NCBI GenBank assembly: GCA_039000735.1 | Contig: JAWBOD010000001.1 | Location: forward strand, 1-37,119 | Origin: Candidatus Aenigmatarchaeota archaeon | Lineage (GTDB): Archaea; Aenigmatarchaeota; Aenigmatarchaeia; Aenigmatarchaeales; Aenigmatarchaeaceae | Length of the DNA stretch: 37,119 nucleotides | Direction of reading: 5' to 3' | Part shown: one piece after another, positions 17,426 to 26,033 of the stretch | Layout of the letters: the number at the start of each line of letters is the position of its first letter | Numbering within the stretch: the first letter of the stretch is position 1 | The notes under the pieces: model-generated | The model's input: only the letters and a program-made list of their open reading frames with translations | The model's database searches: none | Told to the model about the DNA's origin: nothing | Translations under genes and position numbers: made by a program

Positions 17426-18064
17426 ATGAAAAGAATCAAAACCGGTATTAAAGGTTTTGATGAATTGATAGAAGGCGGATTAGTTAAGGGGTCAATTACA
17501 TTGGTATCTGGTGCTCCAGGTACAGGAAAAAGTATTTTTGCAATGCAGTTTATTAATGAAGGTTTAAAAAACAATGAAAAATGCGTTTACATATCTGTTT
17601 TAAGTGAGAAAGAAAATCAAATAATAGAAGAGGCAAAACAATTTGGGTTTAATCTTAAAAAAGCAAAAATTATTACACCTCAACCAGAAGAGTGGGGTGT
17701 TGCAATAGGAGAATTAATGAAAACGATAAAGCCTGAAAGAATGGTAATAGATTCGATTTCTGCTTTTACATTTTCAGATGAAGGAACATTAAGAAGGTTT
17801 ATGAACGAATTAGCTGGTCATGTAAAGAATGATGGTAATTGTACAGTAATTATAACATCAGAGCTTCCAAAAGAATCTAATTATTTTAGTAGAGATACTG
17901 TTAGTGAGTTTATATCGGATGGTGTAGTTGTTTTATCAAAAAAAGTTGTTGGAGATAAAGTTGAAAGAAGCTTAGTTGTTGAAAAAATGAGACAAACTAA
18001 GATTAAAGGTGGAATTTACCCAATTGAAATAACAAAAAATGGGATTGTTGTTAAAACAAAATAA
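17426..18064 (+). CDS. KaiC-like / RecA-superfamily ATPase (single domain)
   Basis: TGIKGFDELIEGGL, Walker A GAPGTGKS, Walker B RMVIDS. 212 aa. Confidence 0.8.
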   Translation: MKRIKTGIKGFDELIEGGLVKGSITLVSGAPGTGKSIFAMQFINEGLKNNEKCVYISVLSEKENQIIEEAKQFGFNLKKAKIITPQPEEWGVAIGELMKTIKPERMVIDSISAFTFSDEGTLRRFMNELAGHVKNDGNCTVIITSELPKESNYFSRDTVSEFISDGVVVLSKKVVGDKVERSLVVEKMRQTKIKGGIYPIEITKNGIVVKTK

Positions 18065-18093
18065 ATATATATTGAAAATAATGAATTTTTATA

Positions 18094-19158
18094 ATGAAAA
18101 TTGTAATACTTGGCGCAGGTATATCAGGATTAACCGCTGCCATAACTCTTGCAAAAAATGGCTATGAAGTCATAGTTTATGAGATAGGAAAAAGACCTAA
18201 GCCAATGTTTAACGTTTCTATACACTCATTTAGGAATTATGGAATAGAACAAGGAGTAATTAAAAAACTTTCTAAAACAAGTATTAAATTACCTAAAATG
18301 GATAAAATTTATAAAATTTTTAAATTCTCTCCTTCATTAAGAAAATCTGAGATTATCTCAAATGATAAACAACCTTTATTTTATTCTTTTCTTCGCGGAA
18401 AAGATCCAAGAAGCATTGATCAAGTTTTATTTAAACAAGCAAAAAAACTTGGTGTTGAATTTCATTTTGGAGAAGCAATACCTAAAGAAAAAGCAAATAT
18501 TATAGCTACAGGACCTAAAAAAGTTGATGGTGTTGCTTTTGGTTATCATTATAAAGACTTAAACGTAGAACATGCAGTTTATACCTTTTATGATAATAGA
18601 TACGCGCCTCATGGTTATTTGTATATTTTACCTTATAAGAATTCTGGTGATATTGTAACAACAACTTTTTGTTCAAAAAATGAATATCCAAAAATAAAAA
18701 AATATTTTTTTAAAGCATTAAAAGAAAATGAAATTATAAAAGAAGCCATTAAAGGTGCTACAAAAATTTGTGAAGTGAGTGGTTATGGAAATTTTGATAT
18801 ACCTTTTTCAGCATTTGTAAATGGCCGTTATTATGTTGGTGAAGCAGCTGGCTTTCAAGATATTTCTAAAGGGTTTGGAGTTAAATTTGCTATACTTTCT
18901 GGTTGGTTAGCAGCAAAATCAATTATTAATGAAGAAAGTTATGACAAGCTTTGGAAAAAAGAATTTTTAAATGATTTAATTTATTATTTTAAAAGAAGAA
19001 TTGTTTTTCATAAAAAAACAAATAACGATTTTGAAAACGATATAATAAATGGTAAAATTTCTAAAACTGAAGAAGAAATTAGAAAAAAACATTCAAAATT
19101 TTTAGATTTATTATATCCTTATTATTTATGTAAATGGAAAATTCTTAGAAGAATCTGA
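18094..19158 (+). CDS. FAD-dependent oxidoreductase, geranylgeranyl-reductase-like
   Basis: N-terminal Rossmann motif IVILGAGISGLTAA...VIVYE. C-terminal GEAAGFQD...G.GVKFAILSGWLAA is typical of the GGR family. Confidence 0.7.
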   Translation: MKIVILGAGISGLTAAITLAKNGYEVIVYEIGKRPKPMFNVSIHSFRNYGIEQGVIKKLSKTSIKLPKMDKIYKIFKFSPSLRKSEIISNDKQPLFYSFLRGKDPRSIDQVLFKQAKKLGVEFHFGEAIPKEKANIIATGPKKVDGVAFGYHYKDLNVEHAVYTFYDNRYAPHGYLYILPYKNSGDIVTTTFCSKNEYPKIKKYFFKALKENEIIKEAIKGATKICEVSGYGNFDIPFSAFVNGRYYVGEAAGFQDISKGFGVKFAILSGWLAAKSIINEESYDKLWKKEFLNDLIYYFKRRIVFHKKTNNDFENDIINGKISKTEEEIRKKHSKFLDLLYPYYLCKWKILRRI

Positions 19159-19188
19159 TTTTTTAAATTCTAAAATTAAAATATAATT

Positions 19189-20016
19189 ATGGCATTTTTC
19201 AAAAAATTTATTAATTTTTTAATACACTCAAATATTTATTTAGCATTGGGTTCAGCTTTCTTGCCAATTACAGCATTTACGTTTCTTAAATTACCAATTA
19301 AAATAGAACCAATTTTTATAGTATTTACAACTACCATCTTTCTCTATTATTTAAATAGGAGAAGTGACATAGCAGAAGATGCTATTAATTATCCTGAGCG
19401 AATTAGTTTTTTTAAAAAATATGGTAATTATTTTCTTTTTTTAACTTTTATTCTCTATGTTGCAGGACTAAGTTTAGCACTTTCTCATAATTTTAAAACT
19501 TTTTTTATTGCATTAATCCCATTGTTAATAATGATAGCTTATAGTTTGCTGAGGCTAAAAAAATATTTTTTAATAAAAAATATTTTAGCTTCAATAGGTT
19601 GGGCATCTTCATTTATTCTTGCTGGTGCATATTTTAATTTAGAATTTTCATTAAGTGTAATGATAATTTTCTTGTTTTATTTTTTTAGAGCTATGATTAA
19701 TACTATTTTTTGTGATGTAAGAGATATGAGTGGTGATAAGGCTTTAGGCATTAAAACTTTACCTATAAAAATTGGTATAAAATCCACAAAACTATTTCTT
19801 CATTTTTTAAACATTCTTTCTATTTCACTCATCTTGATAGCTTTATTTTTTAAAATAATTAGCGGTGGTTATATTATTTTATTTGTAGCGTTGTACGGAT
19901 TTTTTTGTATTAACTCTATAAATAAATTTAATATAAAAACCCTTAGTGAGCTCATAGATGGAGAACTTTATATGCTTGGTGGTCTAGCATTATTAGAAAG
20001 GGTTTTATTTGTTTAA
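19189..20016 (+). CDS. UbiA-family prenyltransferase (DGGGP-synthase-like)
   Basis: Polytopic membrane protein. First Asp-rich motif is NRRSDIAEDAINYPER (NxxxDxxxD) and the second is DVRDMSGD (DxxDxxxD). Confidence 0.75.
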   Translation: MAFFKKFINFLIHSNIYLALGSAFLPITAFTFLKLPIKIEPIFIVFTTTIFLYYLNRRSDIAEDAINYPERISFFKKYGNYFLFLTFILYVAGLSLALSHNFKTFFIALIPLLIMIAYSLLRLKKYFLIKNILASIGWASSFILAGAYFNLEFSLSVMIIFLFYFFRAMINTIFCDVRDMSGDKALGIKTLPIKIGIKSTKLFLHFLNILSISLILIALFFKIISGGYIILFVALYGFFCINSINKFNIKTLSELIDGELYMLGGLALLERVLFV

Positions 20017-20064
20017 AAATTTGTTTTAATTTTAAACCTACAATTAAAATGAATGGTGCTTTAA

Positions 20065-21162
20065 ATGAAAATCAAAGATAAAATATCTTCGTGGTTTATA
20101 AGAAATATATTAATACCAAAAATGGAAATCATAAATAAACCCGGTTTTATTTTAATGAAATTTCCATTTAAAGAAGAGGAAAGTTTACGTGAAATAGGAA
20201 TACCAGAAACTTTGTTCGTAAACTTAGAAAAAACAACAATTAATCCTATAGTTTTTTATTCTATAGGAAAAAAATTCGCATATCTTCATGCGTCTATGCT
20301 TCAATTACCAACATCAAAAGATAGAAATTTTAAAAATTTTGCAAATTTTTTTGTAAACTATATTGGAACAATTTATGGCCAAATACATCATGATATTAAT
20401 TTACCAACTAAAACTTTGAAATTATATATGCAAAATTATATAATTTGCCCTAAAAATGGTCTAGGCTACATTTTTTCAGAAGGTGTTGTAGCTGGAATTT
20501 GGTCTTATGCATTTCAAGATTATAGCATTGAAGCTGTTCAAATAAAATGTCAAGGTAGAGGAGACAAGGTATGTGAAGTAATTTGCTCACCATCTAAAAA
20601 ATTAAATAAAATGAAACTTAAATTTTTTATAGTAAGAGATTTAGAGAATGTGAGATTAAACGAAGGATATAAAGAAATGAACAAAATTAGAGAAGCACAA
20701 TATGCAAAAAATTCTTTAGAAGACTTAATAAACTCTGGATTTATTAAATATTCTTATGGTGTTGTGAATTATAAAGAAGATAGATATTTTCTTTGTGAAG
20801 CAAGTTTAATGTATATACTTGAGAGAGAATTAAAAAAATTGAATAATGCAAATAAGATTTTGTTTGATGTTTCTTTTAATTGGGGTAAAGAATTGATTAA
20901 AAAAGAGAAACAAGATCCATGCAAATTTATAATGGATTTTATGCCAGCATTAGGTTGGGGTGATATAGTAGTATTAAAGAAAGAAAATAAGTATAGTGTT
21001 GTAATATCTTATTTTCCATGGACAAAGTGGGCAGATGAAATTAACTTTACAATGATTAGAGGTATGCTTTCTGGCATTTTGTCTGCCAATAGAAAAGTTT
21101 TATTAAAAAAAATTAAAAAAGATATATCTAAAGGTTATCTTAGTTTGTGGTTAAGCGAATAA
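20065..21162 (+). CDS. V4R-domain (4-vinyl-reductase-like, hydrophobic-ligand-binding) protein
   Basis: V4R-like signature GYIFSEGVVAGIWSYAF...IKCQGRGDKVCEVICSP. The second half is of similar size. Confidence 0.5.
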   Translation: MKIKDKISSWFIRNILIPKMEIINKPGFILMKFPFKEEESLREIGIPETLFVNLEKTTINPIVFYSIGKKFAYLHASMLQLPTSKDRNFKNFANFFVNYIGTIYGQIHHDINLPTKTLKLYMQNYIICPKNGLGYIFSEGVVAGIWSYAFQDYSIEAVQIKCQGRGDKVCEVICSPSKKLNKMKLKFFIVRDLENVRLNEGYKEMNKIREAQYAKNSLEDLINSGFIKYSYGVVNYKEDRYFLCEASLMYILERELKKLNNANKILFDVSFNWGKELIKKEKQDPCKFIMDFMPALGWGDIVVLKKENKYSVVISYFPWTKWADEINFTMIRGMLSGILSANRKVLLKKIKKDISKGYLSLWLSE

Positions 21163-21199
21163 TTTTAATTTAAAAATCACCTTTATTTGCACAAATATT

Positions 21200-21450
21200 T
21201 TATTTCAATTTCTCCTTTACAGATATAAAATCATTAATGAAACCGGGTGTGAATAATTCTTTATTCTTACTTATCAAATCTTCAATTTCTTTAACAGAAA
21301 GTCTTTTAAGTTCAATAAATTACCAGTAAAATACCTTATTATTTTATCATTTTCTTTAAACTCATTAAAAATCTTTCCCCAAAACTTTAAATCACAATTA
21401 ATGCCTAACTCTTCTTTAACTTCTCTTCTTCCATAAACATATACGAATTT
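21200..21450 (-). pseudogene. Nudix hydrolase remnant (5'-truncated, frameshifted)
   Basis: The minus strand reads ...GRREVKEELGINCDLKFWGKIFNEFKENDKIIRYFTGNL, which is the distal half of the Nudix box REUxEExGU. A frame change near 21310 then leads into LKRLSVKEIEDLISKNKELFTPGFINDFISVKEKLK*. No start codon; an upstream stop lies at 21451-53. Confidence 0.45.
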
Positions 21451-21487
21451 TTAGAAAAATAAATATTTCAGTTACTCAAAATTATTT

Positions 21488-21551
21488 AAATACTTTAACA
21501 AATAGAATTTAGATATACAAAATAAAATACTTTAACAAGTACAAATAGAAT
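21488..21551. repeat. Direct repeat in S10 upstream region
   Basis: AAATACTTTAACAAATAGAAT (21488-21508) recurs at 21525-21551 with a 6-nt insertion (AAGTAC). It lies 15-80 nt upstream of the rps10 ATG. Confidence 0.6.
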
Positions 21552-21565
21552 ATAAAGTGATTTAA

Positions 21566-21886
21566 ATGCAAAAAGCAAGAATAAAGTTAATGAGTCCGGA
21601 TCCAAAAAAGCTAGATGCTGTTTGCAACGAGCTTAAAGCAATAACCGAAAAGTTTGGAGTAGCTATGCGTGGCCCAATTCCCTTACCAACAAAAAAACTT
21701 AGGGTTGTAACAATGAAAACTCCATGTGGCGATGGAACAGGACATGGTAATGCAACTTGGGATAGATGGGAAATGAGAATTCATAAAAGAGTAATAGATA
21801 TTTCTGCAGACGAAAGAACATTAAGACAAATAATGAGAGTTACTATACCTGATGGCGTATCTATTTCTATACAACTTAGAGATTAA
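21566..21886 (+). CDS. rps10: 30S ribosomal protein S10
   Basis: ARIKL...LD.VC..., [11 protein letters not shown] and [15 protein letters not shown] are typical S10. Confidence 0.95.
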   Translation: MQKARIKLMSPDPKKLDAVCNELKAITEKFGVAMRGPIPLPTKKLRVVTMKTPCGDGTGHGNATWDRWEMRIHKRVIDISADERTLRQIMRVTIPDGVSISIQLRD

Positions 21887-22125
21887 CGAAATTTAAATAA
21901 ACTTGTTCTATATTTGTTGTACCATTTTATAAACAAAACAAAAACTACTCCTAAAAATAAGACAAAAAGCATTAAAAATAAGACATATAATGATTGAACA
22001 AATTTAATTTGAACACCTGTTGGCACCAATGCCGTTAGAAATCCAATGGAAAATATGCCTAATATAAAGCAAATGCTTAAAAGAAATTCTATAAGTTTGG
22101 TATCAATTTCATACTGTGATGGCAT
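21883..22125 (-). CDS. Small membrane protein (2 TM), hypothetical
   Basis: 80-aa ORF with two hydrophobic helices. Convergent 4-nt overlap with the rps10 stop. Confidence 0.4.
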   Translation of the reverse strand: MPSQYEIDTKLIEFLLSICFILGIFSIGFLTALVPTGVQIKFVQSLYVLFLMLFVLFLGVVFVLFIKWYNKYRTSLFKFR

Positions 22126-22168
22126 AATATTAATAGATTTTTAAAATATAAAAAAATAAATCTAATAT

Positions 22169-22252
22169 GCCGAGATCGCATAACCTGGTAGTGCGCAGGT
22201 CTGGAGAACCTGTGTCCGAAAGGACTTGTGGGTTCGAATCCCACTCTCGGCG
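22169..22252 (+). tRNA. tRNA-Ser (anticodon GGA)
   Basis: Hand-folded cloverleaf. Acceptor stem is GCCGAGA/TCTCGGC and D stem is GCAT/GTGC. Anticodon stem CAGGT/ACCTG carries the loop CTGGAGA. Long variable arm is GTCC-GAAA-GGAC. T arm is GTGGG-TTCGAAT-CCCAC. Discriminator is G. CCA is not encoded and there is no intron. Confidence 0.95.
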
Positions 22253-22282
22253 CAATTTCTTTAACGTTGAATTAGAAATTTA

Positions 22283-22699
22283 TCATAAGTTTAATAATTT
22301 TTTTAACTCTTCTTTCACTAAAGAAATATCTGTAGAATATATCATTTTATCTTGTGCTATATTGTTAAACTTGTCTATAGTAAATGGGGAGTAACCATGA
22401 AATACCCCCTCAACAGTTTTCAGTATTATTCTTGAATAACCCTCATACGAATTTATTCTAACTTCTAAAGGAATTCCACAACCTTCTATAATATAGCTAA
22501 TTGTTGGCGATTTTGTAAAAGCCTTTATATGAGTAGAAGATGGCCTAAATTCAACAGAAACATATTCACTTGCATCATTAGTTATAGGAAAAATTTTCTT
22601 AGGGCGCTCAAAATCTAGCAAGGTTTGGATTTCTTTATTTTCTAGAACTTTTAAAAAATTATTTACAATTCTTTTTAAATCATCTTTTTTAATGCTCAT
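22283..22699 (-). CDS. Hypothetical protein
   Basis: 138-aa ORF ending 31 nt from the tRNA. No motif recognised. Confidence 0.5.
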   Translation of the reverse strand: MSIKKDDLKRIVNNFLKVLENKEIQTLLDFERPKKIFPITNDASEYVSVEFRPSSTHIKAFTKSPTISYIIEGCGIPLEVRINSYEGYSRIILKTVEGVFHGYSPFTIDKFNNIAQDKMIYSTDISLVKEELKKLLNL

Positions 22700-22751
22700 A
22701 ATTTAAGTTAGCTTAAAATCTATTTAAATATATTAAAATCATATTTTTTTC

Positions 22752-23216
22752 ATGTTTGAAAAAACAGCAATGGTAATACTTGCTAATTTATTGCCAACTT
22801 CAGAACAAATAGGTGGAATATCCTTAGGCTTATATTTAGGTTTAGATCCGCTTTACGTTTTGTTAATATCTTTAATTGTTAATTGCTTTTTATTTTTTCC
22901 AGTTTACTTTGGCTTAAAATTATTTTATAATAGTTTATTAAGCAAAATAAAGCTTTTTGAAAAATATATTGAAAGAGTTAGAAGAAAAGGCAAGCCTTAT
23001 GTTGATAAGTATGGATTTTTTGGTTTAACTTTATTTATAGCTTTACCTGCACCGTTAACGGGGACTTATACTGCTTCTATTCTTAGCTGGTTTTTAGATT
23101 TAGATTGGAAAAAATCTTTTTTAGCTATAGCTCTCGGATCTTTTATTGGGGCGTTAGTAATTTTATTTAGCTATTTAGGAGTTGTTAATGTTTTAAAGCT
23201 AATTTTTAGCCTTTAG
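22752..23216 (+). CDS. Small membrane protein, putative small multidrug export family (COG2426-like)
   Basis: Four hydrophobic segments. The N-terminal LPTSEQIGGISLGLYLGLDP and the following LFIALPAPLTGTYTASI resemble that family. Confidence 0.55.
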   Translation: MFEKTAMVILANLLPTSEQIGGISLGLYLGLDPLYVLLISLIVNCFLFFPVYFGLKLFYNSLLSKIKLFEKYIERVRRKGKPYVDKYGFFGLTLFIALPAPLTGTYTASILSWFLDLDWKKSFLAIALGSFIGALVILFSYLGVVNVLKLIFSL

Positions 23217-23256
23217 TAAAGAAAATTTTATATTTTAATTTTTAATTATATTTTTT

Positions 23257-23559
23257 GTGAATAAAATTCCCAATGATATTGAAGTAAGAAGAATAATAAA
23301 ATTTTTAAACAGAAATGGCCTTTTAGACAAAAAGTTCTCAAACAACAGAAATTATTGTGAAATTACAGAAAATGACTTAAGAAGTTCTTCAAAGCATGAC
23401 TTATCTTTAAATTTTGTTTACAATTCTTTAAAATTTTTATTAGAACATTTTGGTTATAAAGATTTTAACAACGGCCTTTCTAAAAACGAAAAAAAGATTA
23501 AAATAGAAGGAAAAGCTTATGAAGCAGCAAAGCAAGCATACAATTTTTTTAAAGATTAA
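23257..23559 (+). CDS. Hypothetical protein
   Basis: 100-aa ORF with a GTG start. No motif recognised. Confidence 0.4.
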   Translation: MNKIPNDIEVRRIIKFLNRNGLLDKKFSNNRNYCEITENDLRSSSKHDLSLNFVYNSLKFLLEHFGYKDFNNGLSKNEKKIKIEGKAYEAAKQAYNFFKD

Positions 23560-23618
23560 TTTTAAATACATTTCTATTCTAATAAGATTAGGAAAGTTTT
23601 CGCAGCTACGTGTTCTAA

Positions 23619-23638
23619 TAGATTTAAATAGATTTAAA
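23619..23638. repeat. Tandem 10-nt duplication TAGATTTAAA x2 (TATA-like) upstream of rpl3
   Basis: Two exact adjacent copies, each containing a TTTAAAT TATA-like core, 27-47 nt upstream of the rpl3 ATG. Confidence 0.6.
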
Positions 23639-23665
23639 TTTGCAATATTATAAATTGTGAGTTAA

Positions 23666-24625
23666 ATGCCTTATAGAAAAAGACCAACAAGAGGTAGTAA
23701 AGCATTTTACCCAAGGAAAAGGGCTAGACGTATTTATCCTAGAATTAAATCTTGGCCAAAATTAAAAGAAGCTAAACCACTTGGTTTTGCTGGCTACAAG
23801 GCCGGAATGACTCATGCTATATTAATAGATACAAATCCTAATTCAAAAACAAAAGGTCAACAAATTTCAAAGTCCGTTACAATTCTTGATTGTCCTCCAA
23901 TTACTATTTTTGGCTTTAGATGTTATACAAAAAATTTAACTTCTTATGATGTTTTTTCTGAAAACTTAAATAAAAATCTTTCAAGAAAGCTAAAAATACC
24001 AAAACAAGCTAAAAAATTAGAGGAACAATTAAGTAAGATACCTAAAAACATTACTAAAGTAACTTTACTTTGTCATACAAACCCTACTTTTAAGAAAAAA
24101 CCTGAAGTTTTTGAGATTGCCCTGGGTGGGACGGTAGAAGAACAATTAAAGTATGCTAAAGAGAACTTAGGAAAGGAAATAAGAATTTCTAATGTTTTTA
24201 AGCAAGGTGACTTAGTAGATGTTATATCAGTTACAAAGGGTAAAGGGTTTGAAGGTCCAGTTAAAAGGTTTGGAATAAAAGTTTTAGGAAGAAAAATGCA
24301 ACAAATGCAAAGACATGTTGGTGCATTAGGCCAAAATGTTCCAGGAAAAGTTAGATGGAATGTTCCTCAAGCAGGTCAATTAGGTTTTCAAACAAGAACA
24401 GAATTTAATAAAAGAGTTCTAAAAATAGGAGAAAAAGGTGAAGAAATTACACCAAAAGGTGGTTTTGTTAATTATGGTGTTATTAAAAACGATTACATAG
24501 TTTTAGAAGGTAGTGTTCCGGGGCCAAGAAAAAGGTTAATAAGATTAAGATTTTCAATAAGGCCAAAGAAAACTTATCCAGTTGATATTAAATACATTTC
24601 ATTAGAAAGCAAGCAAGGTGTATGA
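23666..24625 (+). CDS. rpl3: 50S ribosomal protein L3
   Basis: RKRPTRGS..FYPRKRA, GYKAGMTH, FEGPVKRFG. Confidence 0.95.
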   Translation: MPYRKRPTRGSKAFYPRKRARRIYPRIKSWPKLKEAKPLGFAGYKAGMTHAILIDTNPNSKTKGQQISKSVTILDCPPITIFGFRCYTKNLTSYDVFSENLNKNLSRKLKIPKQAKKLEEQLSKIPKNITKVTLLCHTNPTFKKKPEVFEIALGGTVEEQLKYAKENLGKEIRISNVFKQGDLVDVISVTKGKGFEGPVKRFGIKVLGRKMQQMQRHVGALGQNVPGKVRWNVPQAGQLGFQTRTEFNKRVLKIGEKGEEITPKGGFVNYGVIKNDYIVLEGSVPGPRKRLIRLRFSIRPKKTYPVDIKYISLESKQGV

Positions 24626-24626
24626 A

Positions 24627-25421
24627 ATGAAAGTTAATGTTTTTGATCTTCAAGGAAATATTAAAGGTGAAATAGAATTGCCTAAGGTTTTTTATACAAG
24701 TTTTAGGCCTGATGTAATAAAAAGAGCAGTTTTAGCGATACAAAGCCATAAAAGACAACCATATGGTGTTGATCCTTTAGCTGGAAAAAGAACTTCAGCT
24801 CATTATCATGGTATGAGAAGATCTATTTATACCATGATGAACAGAGAAATGGCTCGAATGAAAAGAATTCATGAAGGACCACCTGGTTTACAATTTACTG
24901 CAAGGTTTGTTCCTCAAGCTAGAAAGGGTAGGGAAGCTCATCCACCAAAAGCTGAAAAGAAATGGTGGCAAAAGATAAATGAAAAAGAAAGAATTTTAGC
25001 TATTAAGTCTGCAATTGCAGCAACCGTTTTAAAGGATTTGATAATAAAAAGAGGACATAAAATTAACAACATTAATTTACCAATTGTGGTTGACGATTCT
25101 TTACAAGAGTTAAAAAAATCTAAGCAAGTAAAAGAATTTTTAGAAAAAATTGGTTTAAAAGAAGAACTTAAAAGAATAAAAAAGAAAAAAGTTAGGGCTG
25201 GAAAGGGAAAAATGAGAGGAAGAATTTATAAAAAGAAAAAAGGGCCTTTAATTGTTGTTGCAGAAGATAAAGGCATAATTAAAGCATCAAAAAATATTGG
25301 TTTAGATTGTTGCTTAGTTAAAGATTTAAACGCAGAAATTCTCGCTCCTGGAACAAATCCAGGAAGGCTTACAATTTTTACAGAATCTGCAATTAAGAAA
25401 CTTGGTGAGATTTATGGTTGA
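24627..25421 (+). CDS. rpl4: 50S ribosomal protein L4 (L1e)
   Basis: MKVNVFDLQGN...RPDVIKRAV..., KRQPYG. ATG lies 1 nt after the rpl3 TGA. Shine-Dalgarno GGTG. Confidence 0.93.
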   Translation: MKVNVFDLQGNIKGEIELPKVFYTSFRPDVIKRAVLAIQSHKRQPYGVDPLAGKRTSAHYHGMRRSIYTMMNREMARMKRIHEGPPGLQFTARFVPQARKGREAHPPKAEKKWWQKINEKERILAIKSAIAATVLKDLIIKRGHKINNINLPIVVDDSLQELKKSKQVKEFLEKIGLKEELKRIKKKKVRAGKGKMRGRIYKKKKGPLIVVAEDKGIIKASKNIGLDCCLVKDLNAEILAPGTNPGRLTIFTESAIKKLGEIYG

Positions 25422-25704
25422 AGACAACGAAAAGCTTCCATTAGTTAATCCTTGGTCTATTTTACTGTATCCCTTGCTTACTGAAAAAGCTATTGAAAAA
25501 ATAGAAAAAGAAAATAAAATTATTTTTGTTGTTAGTAGAAAAGCTAATAAAAAGCAAATAAAATGGGCAACTGAAAAAGTTTTTAATGTTAAGGTTGTTA
25601 AAGTTAATACAATAATAGACAGAAAGGGTAGAAAAAAAGCTTGGATAAAACTTTCAAAAGAATATTCCGCAAGCGACATTGCAACAAAATTAGGAATGTT
25701 GTGA
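25414..25704 (+). CDS. rpl23: 50S ribosomal protein L23
   Basis: LLYPLLTEKAI...IIFVVSRKANKKQIK.A.EKVFNVKV..VNT. The start overlaps the rpl4 stop (ATGGTTGA). Confidence 0.93.
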   Translation: MVEDNEKLPLVNPWSILLYPLLTEKAIEKIEKENKIIFVVSRKANKKQIKWATEKVFNVKVVKVNTIIDRKGRKKAWIKLSKEYSASDIATKLGML

Positions 25705-25709
25705 TAAGT

Positions 25710-26033
25710 ATGAATGAAAAAATAAAAGTAAAGGTAGAAAAAGAATTTCAAAATTTAGAAGATTATGAAAAATTTTTAATGAATAATGGAATATTAGAAA
25801 AAGACAGTTTGGGAAATTTAAAGCTATCACAAGAAACTTATGCTAAAATTTTTGTTGATGCTTACGGGTTATCAATTGTTTTTAATGATTCTAAACCAGA
25901 TGAAATTTTAAGAGTATGTTCTAGGCACATTGATGAAACGTACGGATTTGATATACTTAAAAAAACTACAAGCTATCAAGACCTTGTAAGCAGGATAAAA
26001 GAACTTCAAAACGAAACAAAAAGGGTGGCTTAA
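25710..26033 (+). CDS. Hypothetical 107-aa protein inserted between rpl23 and rpl2
   Basis: ATG is preceded by GTGATaagt, and the rpl23 stop lies inside that Shine-Dalgarno. Its stop overlaps the rpl2 start (TAATG). No family recognised. Confidence 0.6.
   Translation: MNEKIKVKVEKEFQNLEDYEKFLMNNGILEKDSLGNLKLSQETYAKIFVDAYGLSIVFNDSKPDEILRVCSRHIDETYGFDILKKTTSYQDLVSRIKELQNETKRVA

Noticed and set aside
22167-22394. 75-aa ORF in the track (MPRSHNLVVRR...)
   Set aside because: Its first 86 nt are the tRNA-Ser gene and the rest is antisense to the 22283..22699 ORF, so it is spurious.
23577-23587. Second copy of the intron half-site TTCTAATAAGA in the spacer before rpl3
   Set aside because: It is only an 11-nt match in a very AT-rich genome. 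The flanks do not reproduce the palindrome or the CCAC/GUGG helix, so this is probably chance.
25641-25709. Upstream extension of the rpl23-rpl2 ORF to the ATG at 25641
   Set aside because: The extension lies out of frame inside the rpl23 coding sequence. The internal ATG at 25710 has the GTGAT Shine-Dalgarno and sits right after the rpl23 stop.
25326-25751. 141-aa minus-strand ORF across the rpl4/rpl23 junction
   Set aside because: It is antisense to two highly conserved ribosomal protein genes. Its Phe/Leu/Ile-rich translation is what lysine-rich AAA/GAA codons give when read backwards.
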